In this document: piece after piece, positions 51,352 through 61,325 of the stretch | Numbering within the stretch: position 1 is the stretch's first letter | How the letters are laid out: each line of letters starts with the position of its first letter | Source of the DNA: a virus | Direction: 5' to 3' (one strand) | IMG/VR virus record: IMGVR_UViG_3300031754_000002 | Coordinates: 32,001 to 96,000 of that record | Length of the DNA stretch: 64,000 bases | Made by a program: the position numbers and the translations under genes | The notes under the pieces: model-generated | What the model was told of the DNA's origin: nothing | Databases searched by the model: none | The model's input: the letters and a program-made list of their open reading frames with translations, nothing else

Positions 51352-51858
51352 TCACGACGGCCACAGTTGCGGTTGTGTGTCAGCAGGAATATACAGCGGG
51401 TGGCGAGGGGCACCGTCTTTTGTCTCACCAAGGCAATAGAGCGTCTGCGGATGAACCACCCCGGCAATTATTGACGGCCGCAACTCATATGGCTTGACCT
51501 TCGTCCCCCAGCTACCCCATGCGGCGATGATGATGACGGCATCGCTTGAACACCTCAGCAGCCAGTCATTGTTGGCTGGGCCGATTGGATCGGCCGCCGT
51601 CAGCAAGCCCTTTGGGTCTGTCGAGCGAAACGCGTACAGGTTCGTCATCAACAGGCCACCGCAACCCCAATCCCGTGCGAAACGAATGCAGCGCCTAATG
51701 GTCGGGTCGTCCTGCGTCTCATCCGCTGTTGAGGGATTGAGCCCAATGAACATCGCCGGGGGTCGGTCGTCCCATATCCGGCGCAGGACATAGCGCCAAG
51801 TGCGGCACGGCGAGAACTCGGCCGAACGGTCCATGTCGAGCTGTAGTTGGCCCGTCAT
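51352..51858 (-). CDS. DUF1643 family protein
   Basis: FIGLNPSTAD...DDPTIRRC...NLYAFRSTDP...PRHPLY. Confidence 0.85.
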   Translation of the reverse strand: MTGQLQLDMDRSAEFSPCRTWRYVLRRIWDDRPPAMFIGLNPSTADETQDDPTIRRCIRFARDWGCGGLLMTNLYAFRSTDPKGLLTAADPIGPANNDWLLRCSSDAVIIIAAWGSWGTKVKPYELRPSIIAGVVHPQTLYCLGETKDGAPRHPLYIPADTQPQLWPS

Positions 51859-52128
51859 CGACGCTCCCGCAACACAACTCGCAGAAGGCGTTCTAGCGGC
51901 GGTCCCACGGCCGCCCAGAATGCGGCGCGTAGGTCCGCTAGCGCATAAGGCATGCCCACCGTGAACGCGATATATCGCCCAGTACGGTAGGAGCCGCGTT
52001 TCAGGACCACGCCACAAGCCCTTCGTCCTGACACCTTAGCGCTACTGGAAGCTCTCCAAGTCTAAAGCAGCGGTAACGGCTCCGTATCGAGCCCTGCGTC
52101 CCTCCGAGGGCCTTGGACATGCCTGGGC

Positions 52129-52908
52129 TCACGTTGAGCCCTCAATTCGTCTTAGCGCGTCTCCCTGGCCCTCCAGGAGCTCAACCTTGAACCGCGCCCT
52201 CAACTCCAGCACGCTCTGTTCTCCTGTGGACCGTAGGGTTGGGTGCTCGGGCTTCTCGCGCATGCGGTTGATGGCGTTCACGTGGTTCCAGACGGTTTCT
52301 CGGGTCAACGGGGTCATGTTGGCTACGAAGTCCTGCACCGACATTGAGCCCGACGGAGAGCCTTGGCGTGGCGCTTTCTCGGCCATTTTGTCAATTCGCT
52401 CATCGTCGCCTTCCTTACCGATACCCGACAATGCGTATCGGATATCCAAGTACTTTTTGCGACGATCGTTCTGGCCGTTGTGATGCGGCGATGACGCGAG
52501 TCCGTCAATAGCTTCGCAGCACTGCTGCTCTGAGCGAGCGGCCAGCGCTTTGCTGATGATCCGCCTGCGCTTCGCTTCAAGCGTCCTGGCATGAGCACCA
52601 GGGATTACGCGCTGGTAGTGGTCCCAGACTCGTGATACCTCGGGCATAATCGCGCGCGTACGCGCATGTGCGCGCGGTGTTGTCCCTGATCGCTTTTCTA
52701 GTGGAGACTCTATGCCTTGCTCTGAGTTAAGCGCATCAGCTACAAGCGATTGCTGTCTCTCGCTCATACTCCCTTCCGCCCGCCCCCACGCTATCACGTG
52801 GAGAGCAAAAGTCAAGGACTTAATTCTGCCGACTACGTTTCCCCTGCTATCGAGCAGATTTCCGTGGTCGTCTAGCGTGAGCGTCACTAGCTCGCTCGTA
52901 TGGATCAT
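52129..52908 (-). CDS. Putative replication initiator-like protein
   Basis: VWDHY...RRRIISKAL...AIDG...HNGQND resembles the C-terminus of phage replisome organisers; near dnaB. Confidence 0.5.
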   Translation of the reverse strand: MIHTSELVTLTLDDHGNLLDSRGNVVGRIKSLTFALHVIAWGRAEGSMSERQQSLVADALNSEQGIESPLEKRSGTTPRAHARTRAIMPEVSRVWDHYQRVIPGAHARTLEAKRRRIISKALAARSEQQCCEAIDGLASSPHHNGQNDRRKKYLDIRYALSGIGKEGDDERIDKMAEKAPRQGSPSGSMSVQDFVANMTPLTRETVWNHVNAINRMREKPEHPTLRSTGEQSVLELRARFKVELLEGQGDALRRIEGST

Positions 52909-53351
52909 GCCCCCATCCTACTCGCTCAGCCACCCTGAATCTACCCCCCGCAACCCGCAAACTCCGGGTGTTTTCAGCCCACCGTCCACTTCTCGCAGCA
53001 CTCCACGACGGTCGATAACGAACATGGCATCTCCGAAGTCCACGACTGGGCCTCTCCGGTGCTCGTCCCAAGCTACGATTCGGGCGTCATGGTGCTCGTC
53101 GGCGAGCTTGTCGAGCTTTGAGTGCTGTCGCGCGGTAAGGGCATTGTGCGGGTCAGGATGCCATGAGGACCGGATATCCCCAGTGCTCCACCCCGGAATC
53201 TGCGGTCTTTTCGTAGCCGGGCACTAGACGCCAGTACTGGGAGTTGGGTAGACTGAAGTGATGGCTCGACCCAAAGTCAAACACGCCGCGAGGACCCTAC
53301 ACGCTGATTCAAGCATCGGAGAGAGAACTCACGCCAACGACAGGAGACTAG

Positions 53352-53672
53352 ATGGCCGCTAAAAAAGCAGACGACTTCGACGACCGCTTCCAAGTGCGCT
53401 CGGGCTTCGACGGGACCGTGATGCTTCACCACTGGTTCCGGGCAAAGGACGGGCAGCAGTATGACGTTCTCGCCGGCAACATACGAGTCCTCGCAGCTAA
53501 CGTGGTCGTCGGGTTTGATCTTCTTACCGACAAAAACGCGAACTGGGTCGCACTGATCGTGGGGGAGACTGATCAAATCACTATAGCGGGTTGTCAGGTG
53601 ATGGGGGTCACAGCGTGCGACCTATCCAGCATCACATATGAAGCTAGCCGTACGATCTATCGGGTGCCGTGA
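53352..53672 (+). CDS. Hypothetical protein
   Basis: AGGAG RBS; coupled to groES. Confidence 0.6.
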   Translation: MAAKKADDFDDRFQVRSGFDGTVMLHHWFRAKDGQQYDVLAGNIRVLAANVVVGFDLLTDKNANWVALIVGETDQITIAGCQVMGVTACDLSSITYEASRTIYRVP

Positions 53673-53959
53673 TGCAGCTCAAACCCTTGGGTGACCGGCT
53701 GATCGTGCAAGCCATTCACGAGTCCGCTGTGCGCGCGAGTGGGCTCATTGTGCCCGCTACGGCACAGGAGAGACCGCAGAACGGACGCATGCTCGCTATC
53801 GGTGATGGAAGGATCAGCGACAAGGGCCTCCGTGTCCCACCGGATGTGAAAGAGGGTGACGAAGTGCTGTACAGCAAGTACGGTGCGACAGAGATCAAAC
53901 TCAACGGTGAGGACTTGCTGATACTGCGGGAGTCAGACGTGCTCGCTATCGTCACCTAA
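53669..53959 (+). CDS. groES: Co-chaperonin GroES
   Basis: LKPLGDRLIV...SGLIVP.TAQERPQ.G...DVKEGDEVLYSKYG.TEIK..GEDLLILRESDVLAIV. Confidence 0.95.
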   Translation: MMQLKPLGDRLIVQAIHESAVRASGLIVPATAQERPQNGRMLAIGDGRISDKGLRVPPDVKEGDEVLYSKYGATEIKLNGEDLLILRESDVLAIVT

Positions 53960-54177
53960 GCTTCACGCACAAGCCGAGACCGTCGGCGCAGCCGGCAATC
54001 ATCACACGGGCTTAAGCACTGCGGCTTGCCGCGTCCAGCGGTCACGTTTGCACACTTCAACCCTGGATCAACCCACCACTCGAAAGCGCCCTCAACGCCA
54101 TCTAGCGTTCGGTGCTCGCTGTAGTAGCGGTTACAAAACGCCTGCCACACGTGCTCTTTAGCGGGCGTGTTCACGTG

Positions 54178-54543
54178 TCAACACCGAACATCGCGCAAGT
54201 CCACTGGTGGCGTCCAACCTATCGGCATAACCCACACGTGCCGTAGATTGCAGTTGTCCACAACTGCAACGAGGGGCGGGAACACCTCGATAGCCCAGCG
54301 CTGCGCACCATCCGGCGCGATCCGGTCCTTGATGCGCAGGAGATCATGCCACGGGATTTCTGTTCCCTCGTCGTGCCGGCGCACGCAAAGATGGTCAATG
54401 CCGGGATGCGTGGGGTGCTGAAATAGCTGCACGCTGTAGGTCTCGTTGAGCCATCCGCCGACTGCTGCCGGGTTCGGGTGCCTCGCTTGGACTAGCATGG
54501 AGCGATTCTCCCACGGGCCTTCCGCTCCCGTCCCGAGCTTCAC
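54178..54543 (-). CDS. Conserved phage hypothetical protein
   Basis: W.DL.RIKD...AIEVFPP...VVD..NLRHVW. Confidence 0.65.
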   Translation of the reverse strand: MKLGTGAEGPWENRSMLVQARHPNPAAVGGWLNETYSVQLFQHPTHPGIDHLCVRRHDEGTEIPWHDLLRIKDRIAPDGAQRWAIEVFPPLVAVVDNCNLRHVWVMPIGWTPPVDLRDVRC

Positions 54544-55160
54544 TCGCGCTCCTTCACCACAACCTTGACCCGTCGGCTCGGTGTCGCTGTCACCTTAGCG
54601 CGATCCAACGCCGCAGTAGTTCCGCTCACCTTGCGGAGCGCCACTATCCCCGCCTTCACCGCGCTAGCCGTATAATTCACCTTCACCACCGGCAACACGT
54701 TCTCCCCCAACGATAGCACTATCCGCTTCAACCCCTCGGCCGTCTCTTTCAATGACAGGTTCAACGGAACATCCAACACGAGTGTTATCTGCCGCTTCAA
54801 TGCTTTACCAGCAGCATCGGGGGTGATAGTGCCACGCTCGATTAGTGCGCGTAGCTCGGTTTCCAGTGCATCGGGTGGGTAGCTGTCGGTGCCTGCTGTT
54901 GGGGATGGCGCGGAAAGCTCGTACTGGAGTGTCTGCGGGTCGCCCACACGGACCGTCCAAACGGCGCCCCGGTCCAATCTCTCAAGCAGGGCGCTATTTA
55001 CGATGGCTTCGGCGTCTGCGAGTTCGCCGCGCAACTGCTGCTGGTGAACCATGAACGCTGCGAGTGTTTCCGTGTCGGCGTCACGGACTGCCAGCCGCTC
55101 GCCGGTCACACGGTCGAGAACGCTCAGCGTAATTGGTTGAAGGTCTATATGCTCAGCCAT
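54540..55160 (-). CDS. Hypothetical protein
   Basis: Start MAEHIDLQ, coupled. Confidence 0.55.
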   Translation of the reverse strand: MAEHIDLQPITLSVLDRVTGERLAVRDADTETLAAFMVHQQQLRGELADAEAIVNSALLERLDRGAVWTVRVGDPQTLQYELSAPSPTAGTDSYPPDALETELRALIERGTITPDAAGKALKRQITLVLDVPLNLSLKETAEGLKRIVLSLGENVLPVVKVNYTASAVKAGIVALRKVSGTTAALDRAKVTATPSRRVKVVVKERE

Positions 55161-55566
55161 GTCTCGCTCCGAATGTTGTGGGTCGCTCCTGCGGCGGCAA
55201 GGCATCCAAGAACGCCGCCCGCTTACTCCAATCGAGCAGCACATCCAATCCACGCCGATCCGCCGTGTGCCTCCAGATTGATTGTGCCGCGGCATCCCGC
55301 AACCCTTCGGCGACATCCCGCTCATACCGTAGAGTCGCCACATGCTTGTCGCCTCGCGCGAGATCCTGAGCGACACTGATCGCGACCCCCTCAGCCTTCA
55401 AGCGAGTGATTGCCTGCGCGAGCGCTTCCCTATAGGCTCTCTCCGCGTCAGCGTAATGACGCCCCTTTTGTGCGTACCACCGCTCAGCGTTCTGTTGTGC
55501 TTCGGAGGCCGCGCGATTCGCAGCAACGGCGGCAGCAAAATCAAACGGCTCGCTCTGCGTTACCAT
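55153..55566 (-). CDS. Hypothetical coiled-coil protein
   Basis: Coupled ORF. Confidence 0.55.
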   Translation of the reverse strand: MVTQSEPFDFAAAVAANRAASEAQQNAERWYAQKGRHYADAERAYREALAQAITRLKAEGVAISVAQDLARGDKHVATLRYERDVAEGLRDAAAQSIWRHTADRRGLDVLLDWSKRAAFLDALPPQERPTTFGARHG

Positions 55567-56579
55567 CAGAAAGGCACATCATCGACCGGACTCTCGGCAT
55601 CCACAAGCGACGATCGGTCGGGCTCCTGCACCGTTGCTGCAGGGTCTCCATCGGCCGACGGTTCGCTCGCCGCTGTTTTCGCCTGTGCCTCGGCTGCCTG
55701 CTCACGTTCCCGTGCCTGCTCATCACGCATTTCTTTGAGCGTCTTAGCGAACAAGCCGATACACCGCGTCAACACGTAGGGATAGTAGTCGGGTTTCACT
55801 TGGCAGCAAACATCGACCGCCTTGCGTGCGCGCTCATCACCGGCCGGTAGGTTGAGCATGAACGCCATCGCGCGGTAGGCTTGCCCCAACTGCTCGGCGG
55901 ACGCGGCAACACCATACTCCAACGCGGGCTGGGCGGGCATCTCTTCGGCTGGTGTAGGGTTGTATCCTGCAATAGCGACTATCCAACCCAACGCCGCACG
56001 GAAGGCGCGAGAGGCAGCTCGCGTTTCGGCCTGACTTCTGAGCATCGGGTCGGGCTTTGGCATCCACTGGTGCTCCGCCCGAGAACACATCCCCGAGGCT
56101 CGTCCGATAACCACGCCGCCAGCAGTCTTGACCTCCACGGTTGCTTCCCAATCCTGGCCCTCAACGTCATACTCGATTTCCTTCTCAAGCACCCGGCTGC
56201 CCTTCGGCCCCGAGTACTTCTTCTCAAGCACATGGTAGGTGGTCTTCTCGCCTACGGGTTTGACGCTGCCGGGGATTGTCTCCGCATGCAACGCCTCGCC
56301 ACCCAATGCTCCTGTCAAAGCGCCAAGAGCCTGCCATGCGCCGATTTCAAGGTGTGGCTTGCGGCCACCCATCGCCACCGCGAAGCCTTGGGCTTTCACG
56401 AGTCGGTCGAGCGAGTTCGCTATTTCCGTCGCGTGTGCGATCACCTCATCGGCAGTAGCGCCAGTCACAACACGACCACTCACTAGTGCGCCGTGTGAGT
56501 GGACCTCTAGCTCGGTGCTTGGCTCGTCGGGATCGGGCACGACCTCGGCGTCCTGAATCGGCGGCTCGGTGTCGGTCAT
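55566..56579 (-). CDS. Putative single-strand annealing/recombination protein
   Basis: SQAETRA.SRA...GYNPTPAEEM motif; SSB-like DDVPF tail. Confidence 0.55.
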   Translation of the reverse strand: MTDTEPPIQDAEVVPDPDEPSTELEVHSHGALVSGRVVTGATADEVIAHATEIANSLDRLVKAQGFAVAMGGRKPHLEIGAWQALGALTGALGGEALHAETIPGSVKPVGEKTTYHVLEKKYSGPKGSRVLEKEIEYDVEGQDWEATVEVKTAGGVVIGRASGMCSRAEHQWMPKPDPMLRSQAETRAASRAFRAALGWIVAIAGYNPTPAEEMPAQPALEYGVAASAEQLGQAYRAMAFMLNLPAGDERARKAVDVCCQVKPDYYPYVLTRCIGLFAKTLKEMRDEQAREREQAAEAQAKTAASEPSADGDPAATVQEPDRSSLVDAESPVDDVPF

Positions 56580-56848
56580 GCGAACAGCACTTGCTCGCCG
56601 CAGTCAGGACACTCGCGCACCTGCACGATAAGCGGAAGCCCCGTCTCCTGGTGCGCCCGGTACGCTGGAGCGCCTTCTGGCGGGTACATAACGTAGTGCG
56701 CCTCATGTGCGTCTATCGCCGCGATAACGTCGGCTGCTGTTTCTCGCACATCGTCAGCGAGTTTGACCTGCGTGTGGTGCAGTAGCTCGGGGTTAGCTGA
56801 GCATGGCTCCCGGTGCGTTGCGTAGATGCGCTTCTCCGGTACCCTCAT
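56576..56848 (-). CDS. Hypothetical protein
   Basis: Coupled ORF. Confidence 0.45.
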   Translation of the reverse strand: MRVPEKRIYATHREPCSANPELLHHTQVKLADDVRETAADVIAAIDAHEAHYVMYPPEGAPAYRAHQETGLPLIVQVRECPDCGEQVLFA

Positions 56849-57057
56849 GCGCTGGCGCCCTGCGCAGCCCTATGCAGTCGCCTTAGCGCTTCTACATAGC
56901 TCGCTTGCCGTGCTGGATTCCAATGCTCCGGTGGCCTGTTCCCGTACTCCTCGCCGAGTGCGTCAAGCAGCGCCAAGGCGTGCTCGGGGTCCAGGGGCAC
57001 GTAATGGATGCCAGCTATACGTACGGGATCGCCGTACTCGACAATCTCGACGCTCAC
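56845..57057 (-). CDS. Hypothetical protein
   Basis: Coupled ORF. Confidence 0.45.
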   Translation of the reverse strand: MSVEIVEYGDPVRIAGIHYVPLDPEHALALLDALGEEYGNRPPEHWNPARQASYVEALRRLHRAAQGASA

Positions 57058-57682
57058 GCCGCCGCCCTGTCTACATGCGGCCCGGCGTTATGCCGCTCAA
57101 TGATCGCAGCCTTGAGTGCTTCGCCCGGAGGGATAACGATGTGTGTCGGTGGCTCGTGCTCCCGTGATATACACCGGATGTTACCGGAACCACCCGTGTC
57201 TGTCAAGAGCCCCGGAACAAAAGAACGGGACGCCCCGAAGGACGCCCCGTGACCACAAGCGATTGCAAACCACAACGCCCCAGGATGGGACGCGCCGCGA
57301 AGCCTACCACAAAAAAGCTCGCCGTGAGATTGGTGGTAGTGGGTCAGTTTCAATCGAGTAGCCCCGCGATCTCGCACTTCACGATCTTTTATGCCCGACC
57401 GCTTCTAACGAAAACCCCCTGCAATTCTAAGGGTTAAAATCCGTCATCCGGCGGGTAGGCTAGCTTTCCACGTAGATAGGGCCTGGTCCGACGGAGGCAG
57501 GAATCCTGACTTCTGCGCCAAGCGTTCGGTCCACACCAAAGCTAGACCCTTCGGTGTGGTGGGACTTTCTTCCCGCTGGGACCTACCGCCACTTCTGCAC
57601 GCCTACCGGGCTGAGCCTATAGGCTAGAGGCCCGACAGGCGGAAGTTTCGTCTTTAGCACAATTTCCCCTGCAAAGCCCCGA

Positions 57683-58525
57683 CTAACCGTCCAGCAATGC
57701 GGCGATCTCGCGCAGGCTCCAAATGTGATCTGCGACGCCAGCAGCCATCGCGGGCGTCCGAGGATAGGGGTTGGCGAGCGTCGAGTGGACCCGCGCGAAG
57801 TTGTAGTGCATGTAGTGGAGGCTGACGGCGTGCGCGAAGTTCTCGGCCTTCTTTGAGAACGCGTTGGTCAGGCGTGTGCAGCGCCTCATCCCCATTCGCA
57901 TCGTCAAGTTCTGCCGCTCGACGTAGCTTGTGCTGATCTTCGCCGGGTCCGGGTCGCCGCGCTTCACGTCGATGTCGATGCCCGTGCAGACTGCAGGGCT
58001 ATAGCGGCGTTCCCCGGACGGGTCACGGCCGTAGAGCTTCTGTAGGACGGCCCAGTCCACTTCGGTTCCGAATGAGAACCCGATCGCCGCCGCGTACGCC
58101 TTCAACCCATCCGTCGTGAGCTGCACATGGCTATCCCGCAGCCGGTGCTTCAAGTCCATCATGAACAGGAAGCCGTCTTCCGCGTTGCGCTGGCCCACGT
58201 ACCAGCTCGGCACGAGCTTCGTGTCCGCGTCTATGGCGATCCACGTCCACACGTTGCCGTAGCCGTACTTGCCCTTGTGCTGCTCCGGCACGTTCTTCTG
58301 CTTGCTGTAGACGAAGTTCCATATCTCATCGCATTGGAGCGTCTTGCACGGCAGGTTGACGAGCGTTCGGTCTTGGTAGCTCTCGCAAGCCTCTCCGAGG
58401 TCTACGACCAGTTTCGTGATCGTGTTCTTCGCGGCCCCCGTGATCCTCACGGTGCTTCGGATACTCATGCCCTCGACCAAGCAGCCGATGACCTGCGCGC
58501 GCTTCTCTGTGCTCAAGCGATTCAT
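57683..58525 (-). CDS. IS1-family DDE transposase
   Basis: Paralog of 27010-27849 (MNRLSTEKRA..., STSYVERQNLTMRMGMRR). Confidence 0.9.
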   Translation of the reverse strand: MNRLSTEKRAQVIGCLVEGMSIRSTVRITGAAKNTITKLVVDLGEACESYQDRTLVNLPCKTLQCDEIWNFVYSKQKNVPEQHKGKYGYGNVWTWIAIDADTKLVPSWYVGQRNAEDGFLFMMDLKHRLRDSHVQLTTDGLKAYAAAIGFSFGTEVDWAVLQKLYGRDPSGERRYSPAVCTGIDIDVKRGDPDPAKISTSYVERQNLTMRMGMRRCTRLTNAFSKKAENFAHAVSLHYMHYNFARVHSTLANPYPRTPAMAAGVADHIWSLREIAALLDG

Positions 58526-58665
58526 CCTGACCTATTATGCTTGAGCTATCGGACGGAACCGTCGGAGGGCGGAGGACGCACCTTCGCGGCACCACAAAGG
58601 CGAAATAGGAGCACCTTCGGCATCCTTCGGGGTCTTCCGTTTGGCGATGCGCTATCCTAACCCGC

Positions 58666-59274
58666 ATGGCCGATTTGCATATGACGGTGGACCTTGCGAA
58701 CCCGCAGGATGTTCGGTCGAAGATGCCCGAGATCGAGAGCCTGCTCGCCACCGCGCGGCAGCAACTTGCCGACGTGGAGGCGCAAGTTGATCTGCTGGAG
58801 CGCCTTGTGGGGCAGCCCCCCGCATCGCAGGCTACGTCTACAACGGGTTCCGGCAAGCGCGCCCGAAGCAAGACGGCGCGGAAAGCGCGGCCCACTCGCA
58901 AAGCGGCGCCCGCCCAGGAACGGGCCGTCGAGGCGATCGAAGTGGCTGGCCGTGCTATGGGTCCGGCTGAGCTGTTCCGCTTCATGAACGAACACGCACT
59001 ACCCGGCGCGAACACCGTCGAGCGTCTAGGCTCGATCTTGTGGGCCGCAGCGGGGTCCGGCCGTCTTGTGAGGACGGACGGCAAGTACGCCCCCACGGGC
59101 GGATTCCGTGCCCATCGCGCGCCCGCCGCCGCCGCGTCAAACGGGCAGATGTCCGTGTCCGCGCAACTGCCTGGACCCAATGGTTCTGGGTCGCCTACGG
59201 CAGTTCTACAGACTTCCCCCCAATCCCTATCCCAAGGAGGCGGTGGAGGGCCGAGAGAGTCGGAGGAAGATTAG
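58666..59274 (+). CDS. Hypothetical protein with coiled coil and possible wHTH (IS cargo)
   Basis: ORF track. Confidence 0.55.
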   Translation: MADLHMTVDLANPQDVRSKMPEIESLLATARQQLADVEAQVDLLERLVGQPPASQATSTTGSGKRARSKTARKARPTRKAAPAQERAVEAIEVAGRAMGPAELFRFMNEHALPGANTVERLGSILWAAAGSGRLVRTDGKYAPTGGFRAHRAPAAAASNGQMSVSAQLPGPNGSGSPTAVLQTSPQSLSQGGGGGPRESEED

Positions 59275-59412
59275 GCCGCTGCCTGGGTGCCTTCCTCTGG
59301 GAATGGGTCGGGCCCGACCCATTCCCCTCTCGTGCAGCTATGTTCGACATCTAGTCTATCGGTTCCTGCGGCGCTTGACTACGCCTGCGCGGACTGTGAG
59401 TCAGCAGGCGCG

Positions 59413-59619
59413 CTAGCCCTGTGTCTGCCAGCGCGCCTGCGCGGCCTTCCGGGCGATCTCCGAACGCCGCTCGGCCGTGAGCTTCGCTGCACGCGCCGGA
59501 CCACCCTTCTTACCGCCGTTGCGGCCGTTGACCTGCGCGGGCGTCTCCTGCGGCACCGGCTGATCGCGCTCGATGGTCGCCTGGACGACCTTGTACGCGA
59601 GCTGGTTGAAGTCAGCCAC
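59413..59619 (-). CDS. Small basic KGG-motif protein
   Basis: GRNGGKKGGPARAAKLTAERRSEIARKAAQARW; paralog of 26697-26942. Confidence 0.75.
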   Translation of the reverse strand: MADFNQLAYKVVQATIERDQPVPQETPAQVNGRNGGKKGGPARAAKLTAERRSEIARKAAQARWQTQG

Positions 59620-59638
59620 GTCCTCAATGCTACTCCGG

Positions 59639-59851
59639 TCAGGGGATGCCGTCCCACAAGCGTCCAGCGGGCACCTTGAACGCCTTGGCGAGGATCACAA
59701 CCGTCGGGAAGCGTGGTGCCCGTGCGCCGCGCTCCATCTTCGATATCGCCGTGTAATGCAGCCCGCTGACCCTGGATAGCTCCTCTTGGGACCAGCCACG
59801 CTCGGCGCGCAGCTCCTTCATGTTCGCGGCGAAACGCTCGATCGGGCTCAC
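59639..59851 (-). CDS. XRE HTH regulator (IS cargo)
   Basis: LRAERGWSQEELS..SGLHYTAISKMERG.R.P. Confidence 0.85.
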   Translation of the reverse strand: MSPIERFAANMKELRAERGWSQEELSRVSGLHYTAISKMERGARAPRFPTVVILAKAFKVPAGRLWDGIP

Positions 59852-59961
59852 GATCCCGTGAGCTTCAACCGCCCGACCTAGAAAGCCAAGAGACAGACCG
59901 TCAAGATTCGTGTAGGCTGACCCTCGACAGCGCCCCCGCACGAGCACAAATCGCCGGGGGC

Positions 59962-60459
59962 ATGGCCGAACCTAACCGGAGGTCCGACATGCGGAATAAT
60001 AGCCCGTGGGTTCTGTTCCTGCGTCTTCTTGCTAGCGGCGCCGTCCTGCTCACTATAGGCGGCTGTGCCAACAGCTCCGCGCAGGTGTCATCAACCCCCA
60101 CAGCGTCTACAGAACCCACGTATGTCCAGGAGGAACATGCCGAGACAGCCTTCGAGACACGTTTCCGCTCCGAATTCATGGAGGGCAAGAACCAGGGCTA
60201 TCTACGCTCTAACACGGTACGCTTCAGGACACCATGCCACAGTGACGGGAACGACAAATGGACCTGCGAAGGCTGGGGCATGGAAGCCATCGCAGGCAGC
60301 GAAAACTGCGTTCTCGTGACCGCCTCCGTGACTGCGAGCGGCGTTGAAGGCGAACTCCATGCCGAAACCGAGTCGCCACAGCAAGAAGGATTCAACGTCT
60401 GCCGAGAAGGAGCCAAAGAAGGCCAGCCACTCGGCAACCTAAACGCCGAAAGCGGCTAG
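59962..60459 (+). CDS. Putative lipoprotein (IS cargo)
   Basis: Hydrophobic signal followed by IGGC lipobox-like motif. Confidence 0.55.
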   Translation: MAEPNRRSDMRNNSPWVLFLRLLASGAVLLTIGGCANSSAQVSSTPTASTEPTYVQEEHAETAFETRFRSEFMEGKNQGYLRSNTVRFRTPCHSDGNDKWTCEGWGMEAIAGSENCVLVTASVTASGVEGELHAETESPQQEGFNVCREGAKEGQPLGNLNAESG

Positions 60460-60632
60460 CCCCGAATCAAACTGACCCACTACCAGATTGGTGGTCCCAC
60501 GGCGAGCTAGCAGTGACAAACGAACGAAGGGCCAGCTACTTCACTTGGCGAGCGAAGCATATCACGCCGGGCTCACCCCGGCGTGGCTACATGCCCTGGG
60601 TTCCATATTGCCGCTGTTTGCGGGCGATTTCC

Positions 60633-61065
60633 TCAAGGCTCATTGCGCATCACCCCCCCACACGCAGGCACCGACAACGGCCACGAAGTCCGGTGGCTCG
60701 GCTCATAGCTGTTGAAGATGATCGTCTGCTGTTCGGGGGTCGCCGAGGACGCCGAGCCGTAACGGCCACCACCGGCAGCTTCCCAAGTTGCGGGCATCCA
60801 TTGGTATGCCCCTTCATAAGGTAAGTCCACGATGTGCCAGTTTACTGTGGACGCTGACTCGGAGCCCGGTTCCCCGCTCTCTCGATTCGCTACACACAAG
60901 TCGAAGGCGCTCATCTTACCTTCAACTTGAGGCTTATGGTGATGCTTCCACCAGAGTCGTCCACAACGGACGGTCCGGCAAACATGATGATGATGATGTG
61001 TCCTATGCTCCGGCTGGCTGAATCCCAGCGTCACGATCAGTAGGGCAGAAAGAAGAATGTCTCAT
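60633..61065 (-). CDS. Rpf-like lytic transglycosylase (signal peptide frameshifted near start)
   Basis: CVANRESG...GAYQW...TW...GG...AS.ATPEQQ; His-rich linker. Confidence 0.75.
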
Positions 61066-61325
61066 GGGCCTCCCGCTAGTTTGCATGGTGCCCACCAGTG
61101 CGGCACGGGCCTTCTCGGCATCATCCGCCGAGGCGAAGTCGCGAAGCCTAGCAATACCTTCAGATAGCAGTCGGGTCGAGCCGGTCCCCGAAGGGATAAC
61201 CCTACCCGACCCTAACTCGACGGCGCGCTAGCGAGGCGCCCCCTAGGGCAGCCCACACCGTCGAACCTAGATGTAGCCTACCGGCGTCCCGCGTGTGCCG
61301 AAGTCTCGCAGCCATGTGTGCGTGC

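Larger units (their letters stand above)
57335..60484 (-). mobile_element. IS1-family element with passenger genes (3150 bp)
   Basis: Perfect 16-bp IR GGTAGTGGGTCAGTTT; 8-bp TSD AGATTGGT at 57327-34 and 60485-92. Confidence 0.92.

Noticed and set aside
61066-61325. c-di-AMP (ydaO) riboswitch or YrlA Y RNA
   Set aside because: Expected from context, but I could not match the conserved motifs on the correct strand, and GGTTCGA lacks a proper T-stem.
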